A DNA stretch of 24,000 bases, from positions 32,326 through 56,325 of the forward strand of contig JBEKXS010000002.1 in assembly GCA_049511795.1 (NCBI GenBank), given 5' to 3'. The stretch's first letter is position 1, and the number at the start of each line of letters is the position of its first letter. The translations under genes and the position numbers were made by a program. The DNA comes from Candidatus Pacearchaeota archaeon. GTDB taxonomy: Archaea; Nanobdellota; Nanobdellia; Pacearchaeales; GW2011-AR1. Below are positions 20,055 to 24,000 of the stretch, one piece after another. Under the pieces are notes generated by a model. That model saw only the letters and a list, made by a program, of their open reading frames with translations. It did not search any database and was not told where the DNA came from.

Positions 20055-20246
20055 TTACCTTCTTCTTCCTTGGCCTTCTCCGTGCATTTTGCATTTGCTG
20101 CAGAACAGTCCATGTAATACAAGCAATGCAGCTGCAACAATAACTACCCACATGCTAGCTGTAGCACCGAGTATTGTTGGCCAAATTGTAACAATCAAGA
20201 TGATAAGACCTAAAATAAGATCCTTACCATGGTGATGCATCCACAT
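20055..20246 (-). CDS. Small two-TM membrane protein (start revised to MWMHHHGKDLILG)
   Basis: Two hydrophobic segments. Shine-Dalgarno GGAGGTG sits 6 nt upstream of ATG 20246, inside the N-terminus of the track ORF (which starts at 20261). Confidence 0.6.
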   Translation of the reverse strand: MWMHHHGKDLILGLIILIVTIWPTILGATASMWVVIVAAALLVLHGLFCSKCKMHGEGQGRRR

Positions 20247-20302
20247 AGTTTTCACCTCCATTAATCAGTTTTATAAGAAAAAAGCCTTAATAAATCTGGT
20301 GA

Positions 20303-21040
20303 TTATATCCATCCTCTTCTAAAAATTCCTGCATTTCTTATTTCAAAATTAAGCTCTTTCTGCGGCATGCTCCTGTGTTTCAGGAGAGTTGCTTTTCTCT
20401 TTCCATTTTCATTTTTCAACTCAATTATTGCCTTGCTCCAATATTTCATCAAATCCCCACCAACAAGATTTACACCTGGCTTGACTCCTTTCTTTAACTG
20501 CTCTTCTGAAAGAAATTCAGAGTAAACTTGATTTGTTATTATAACAGGAATATTTTGCTTTCTGGAAATCTCAGAAAGAAGCTTCATCTGCCAGGCAAGG
20601 GCGCGGTTGACCTTTTTTATGTCTTCTTCGCTTGCGTTTTCTTTTTCCTTGACATTTCCTATCTCAAGTCTGTAATGCATTGCCATACCATCTACAATAA
20701 TCAGGCCTATTTTTTCTTTCTTTGTTTGCTCTACTAATTTGTCAAAAATTTTTCTTTGCTCATAAAAACCTATTGGCTGTAAAAGAAGGATATTTTCTAG
20801 GATTTTTTTGTAGTCTTCCCCAACAATCTGTTTTACCCTTTCAGAAGAAAATCCGCCCTCTGTGTCTATGAAAATTACTTTTGTTCCTTTCTTTGCCAAA
20901 CTGCATGCAACAAGTATTACGAAATTTGTTTTCCCGCTTGCGGGAGGACCTGCAATCATTGTTATGATTCCTGCTTCATATCCCCCATAAAGCCATTTGT
21001 TTAGGTCAAAGCTTCCTGCAGAAATCTTCTGAATGTCCAT
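20303..21040 (-). CDS. radB: RadB-type RecA-family recombinase paralogue
   Basis: AGPPASGKTNF Walker A, GTKVIFIDTEGGFSSER, LIIVDG, VIITNQVYSE, no N-terminal HhH domain. Confidence 0.88.
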   Translation of the reverse strand: MDIQKISAGSFDLNKWLYGGYEAGIITMIAGPPASGKTNFVILVACSLAKKGTKVIFIDTEGGFSSERVKQIVGEDYKKILENILLLQPIGFYEQRKIFDKLVEQTKKEKIGLIIVDGMAMHYRLEIGNVKEKENASEEDIKKVNRALAWQMKLLSEISRKQNIPVIITNQVYSEFLSEEQLKKGVKPGVNLVGGDLMKYWSKAIIELKNENGKRKATLLKHRSMPQKELNFEIRNAGIFRRGWI

Positions 21041-21088
21041 ATCTAAGAAAAATTGTTTTGATTAATAAGGATTATTATAACAGAAAAC

Positions 21089-21352
21089 TTACTTCATCTT
21101 TTTGAAATCAGCTTCAATTTTGTCAAGGTCTTTTGTTATTTCCTTGACAGCATCTGCAATTGCTTTCTTGGCTGTCTTGCCTTTTGTCACAACCTTCAAT
21201 ATCGGCTTTTCAGAGGGGTGCTCTCTTTTCCAGGCTGCGAAACTCACTCCAGAATCTTTGTTAAGATAAACTCTTAGAATTTCAACCAAAGTCAGGTTTT
21301 CAAGCCTTACCTCAATTTCTTCCTTTGAGCTTTTGAGAATTTCGAGTTCCAT
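21089..21352 (-). CDS. rpo11: DNA-directed RNA polymerase subunit Rpo11/L
   Basis: LVEILRVYLNKDSGVSFAAWKREHPSEKPILKVVTKGKTAKKAIADAVKEI matches the RpoL/Rpb11 fold pattern. Confidence 0.9.
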   Translation of the reverse strand: MELEILKSSKEEIEVRLENLTLVEILRVYLNKDSGVSFAAWKREHPSEKPILKVVTKGKTAKKAIADAVKEITKDLDKIEADFKKMK

Positions 21353-21396
21353 ATTAAGAAATCATAAATTTAGTTTAAAAAACTTTGCACTTTCAA

Positions 21397-22161
21397 TTAA
21401 TCGTAATCTTGAACATATTTCTTCTCTTTATTATTCTCTTTCTCTTCAACTTTATTTTTTTCTTTTTCCATTTTTATCCTTTTCAAGTCATCTATTTTCA
21501 AGTTATCAAGTATTTTCCTGTCAAAGCTGATGATTCCTGATTTAGGATAAACAATCTTTTGTGGTTCTGGTTTTTTTGTTTCTGGAACAATATTTGAATT
21601 ATTTAAATTAAGTTTTGGTTGAGCATTTTGGGTGTTTGTTTGTATAGGAGTTGATGTTGTTTTCACAATCTTAACACCAAGAAATCTTTCAAGTTTATTT
21701 GGCAAATCATATCCCTGAGGAATAACTCCCTGCTCTGCCATTTTGATTGCGCTTTCTGATTCCCCTATTCTTTCAGCAAGCTGCCCTTGTGTAAGTCCTT
21801 TTACTCTTCGAACTCTCATGATAATCCAATGAAAATTGTCAACAAGGTCTGGCCTTGGTGCAAGACTTACTGCTTCCTGTTTTGTTTTTTTCTCATAATT
21901 CCTGCTTATCACTTCTTTTGCTCTGCTTTCCCTTATTGGTTGGAATCTCTCTTCTTTCGGCTTAACTCCTGAAAGCCTAACCATTGTTTCATAAACAGTA
22001 TCTTTTTTCTCAAAATCTTCTTTTTTTAATCCTGGCTTCTTCACAAGAGGATATCCTTGCTCTTGTGCGCAGTTCTCGCAGACAAGAACAATGCCTGTGG
22101 GAGAAAGTGCCCGGAAAATCGGCCTTGTAAGTTCGCTCACTCCGCAAATAGAACATTCCAT
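21397..22161 (-). CDS. Archaeal multiprotein bridging factor (MBF1) with C-terminal extension
   Basis: N-terminal zinc ribbon CSICG...CENC, HTH MRVRRVKGLTQGQLAERIGESESAIKMAEQG; ~80-aa charged C-terminal tail. Confidence 0.88.
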   Translation of the reverse strand: MECSICGVSELTRPIFRALSPTGIVLVCENCAQEQGYPLVKKPGLKKEDFEKKDTVYETMVRLSGVKPKEERFQPIRESRAKEVISRNYEKKTKQEAVSLAPRPDLVDNFHWIIMRVRRVKGLTQGQLAERIGESESAIKMAEQGVIPQGYDLPNKLERFLGVKIVKTTSTPIQTNTQNAQPKLNLNNSNIVPETKKPEPQKIVYPKSGIISFDRKILDNLKIDDLKRIKMEKEKNKVEEKENNKEKKYVQDYD

Positions 22162-22226
22162 AAAAGAAAGAGAAAAAAGTCGTTTTTTAATATTTGGATA
22201 TGTCAGAATATAGGAAAATTTCCGTT

Positions 22227-22883
22227 TTATTTAAGGTATGTAGCCAAATTATTTGCGCTTGTTATGTTGTAAAGAACATAATTATTGTCAATTATTACAA
22301 CAGGGTATTTTGTTATATTAAATGAGTTTGTCAAGGAATTCAAGGAGCTAAGATTGCTGTCAACAGCTATTGGAATAAGTATTATATGGTTGCCTTGCTG
22401 CTGCTTCAAGTCGAACAATGTCTGTGACCATACGCTTTGTTCTGCTTTCTGGTTTAGATCCTGTGTGTCATACTGATAAAGATAGACAACTGTTGAAAGA
22501 TTTGTCTTGCACTTGTCAGGTATCTGCATCATGTCTGCCCACAAAAGTGTTCTCAAAAGATCATATCTTGTATGCGCCAGCCTTAGAGAATCTGTAAGCT
22601 TCCCTGCTGATTCATATTGCTCTAAAGTATAAGCTTCCTGGTAAATTCTGTCTGCAAAATCAATGCTTGAGTTTATGAAAGCATCGCATGTAACTGCATT
22701 TGACTGAAAAACATTGTTCAAAGCAAGAGAATCAATCAATGATATTTCTGAAGAAGAATAAAAGCTGTTTATTTTGTTCGCATTGGCATTCTCATAAGCG
22801 ATTCCTATAAAGATGCCAAGGGCAAAAACAGCAACTGTAATAATTAAGGCTTCCCAAAAAGCATGTTTTGAACTTTCTAACAT
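22227..22883 (-). CDS. Membrane-anchored protein with possible thioredoxin-fold C-terminus
   Basis: N-terminal TM (ALIITVAVFALGIFIGIAY); C-terminal NHIILIPIAVDS...FNITKYPVVIIDNNYVLYNI resembles a Trx-fold cis-Pro region without CxxC. Confidence 0.6.
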   Translation of the reverse strand: MLESSKHAFWEALIITVAVFALGIFIGIAYENANANKINSFYSSSEISLIDSLALNNVFQSNAVTCDAFINSSIDFADRIYQEAYTLEQYESAGKLTDSLRLAHTRYDLLRTLLWADMMQIPDKCKTNLSTVVYLYQYDTQDLNQKAEQSVWSQTLFDLKQQQGNHIILIPIAVDSNLSSLNSLTNSFNITKYPVVIIDNNYVLYNITSANNLATYLK

Positions 22884-22889
22884 TTTATT

Positions 22890-24000
22890 TTACCATTTAT
22901 GTGTTTTTGTGATATACTTGAATGCTGAATTGACCAATATTATTGGGTATGCCAGCAAATAAACGAATGAATACACAAAAAAGCTGAATATGCCTTGCTT
23001 TTTAAATCCTTTTTCTTTTGTGTAACTCAAAGCAACAAGAGTAAATGCTGTTCCCAAAACAAGCAATGCCATTCCAAAAAAGAACAATACTGTTGGAGTG
23101 AGATTTATGTCTCTTAGAGTTAAGATTGCTGTTTGTGCCTGAGAAGCATAGAAAGTTGAAAAGTAATATATTATTGCCTGCCTTATTATTCTGTATGCCA
23201 AGAACAAGATTCCAACAACACCTATTACCCAAGACATGACAAAGAAAGGAAGTATGAAAACTCCAAGCATTCCTGCTTTCATGAAGTTACTTTTATACTT
23301 GTTTATTGTTTGTATCCCTCCTACATTCCATCTTATTCTCTGTTTGTACCACATCTTGAATTTGTCAGGAGCAACTGTGTAAACTCTTGAAAGAGTGCTC
23401 ATTGCTATCTTGTAGCCATGCGAGACAAAGTTCCAAGTGATTTCAATGTCTTCTGTCATGTTTGTTTCATCAAAGCAGCCGACTTTGTCGAAAAGTTTTT
23501 TTCTGTAAATTGCCAAGGGTCCTGGGGTAACATAAATGGCATCAACAAAACCGAGAAGCTTTCTTGAGAAAGTTATTATTTTGTATTCTATTGCCTGAAG
23601 TTTTTCAATGAAATTGTATCTGTTTTTTGCAAGAACAGTTGATGTTACAGCAGCTATTTTAGGATCATCAAAGAATCCAATCATATTTCTTATTGCATGT
23701 TTTTCTGGGTATGAATCTGCATCTACAAATCCAATAAGTTCTGTTGTTACAAATCTTGCGCCATAATTCTTTGCACCACTTGCTTTTCCAGAGTTTCTCG
23801 GTGTCTGCACAGCTATAACTCTGCTGTATTTTGTAGCATATTTCTTTATTATTTCATAAGAATTGTCAGTGCTGCAGTCATCAACAACAATTATTTTTCT
23901 CAGATTTCTATAATCAGAATTCAAAAGTGCCTCAATTGTTCCTCCAATGCTTTCTTCCTCATTATAACAAGGAACAACAATACTCAGTGAATATTCTTTT
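22890..24000 (-). CDS. Family-2 membrane glycosyltransferase, truncated at N-terminus by window edge
   Basis: Frame continues upstream of track start 23924 through SLSIVVPCYNEEESIGGTIEALLNSDYRNLRKIIVVDDCSTDNS to the edge; GFVDADSYP; EDIEITW; QRIRWNVGGIQT (QxxRW); C-terminal TM segments. Confidence 0.92.
   Translation of the reverse strand, partial: KEYSLSIVVPCYNEEESIGGTIEALLNSDYRNLRKIIVVDDCSTDNSYEIIKKYATKYSRVIAVQTPRNSGKASGAKNYGARFVTTELIGFVDADSYPEKHAIRNMIGFFDDPKIAAVTSTVLAKNRYNFIEKLQAIEYKIITFSRKLLGFVDAIYVTPGPLAIYRKKLFDKVGCFDETNMTEDIEITWNFVSHGYKIAMSTLSRVYTVAPDKFKMWYKQRIRWNVGGIQTINKYKSNFMKAGMLGVFILPFFVMSWVIGVVGILFLAYRIIRQAIIYYFSTFYASQAQTAILTLRDINLTPTVLFFFGMALLVLGTAFTLVALSYTKEKGFKKQGIFSFFVYSFVYLLAYPIILVNSAFKYITKTHKW

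Overview
This window looks like an AT-rich archaeal chromosome segment, probably from a DPANN lineage of the Woesearchaeota/Pacearchaeota type. That affiliation is inferred from the gene set and protein character, not from any search. It is gene-dense and informational. Recognisable genes include a Trm5-like tRNA methyltransferase, FEN1, family-B DNA polymerase, NOL1/NOP2/Sun RNA m5C methyltransferase with a separate PUA-like partner, type II methionine aminopeptidase, Cdc48/VCP-type double AAA+ ATPase, signal peptidase, TFS, tRNA-Lys(CTT), topoisomerase IA, NreA, RadB, Rpo11/RpoL, MBF1 and a family-2 glycosyltransferase. No mobile element or CRISPR array was seen. Most interesting: (1) a four-gene minus-strand cluster made of a Zn-ribbon/AbrB-like protein, an unannotated 43-aa protein, a Cdc48 with a ~225-aa predicted coiled-coil insertion at the start of the D1 lid, and a lone receiver domain with an atypical switch residue. 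Its upstream region carries twin TGTATACAC palindromes and a GC-rich hairpin. (2) A regular leaderless promoter pattern, with the TATA centre ~25.5 nt from the start codon. It revises several starts, supports a missed 41-aa gene, and shows two palindromic TTTATAAA boxes placed symmetrically between divergent start codons. (3) C-terminal PIP-box-like tails on PolB, FEN1 and NreA.
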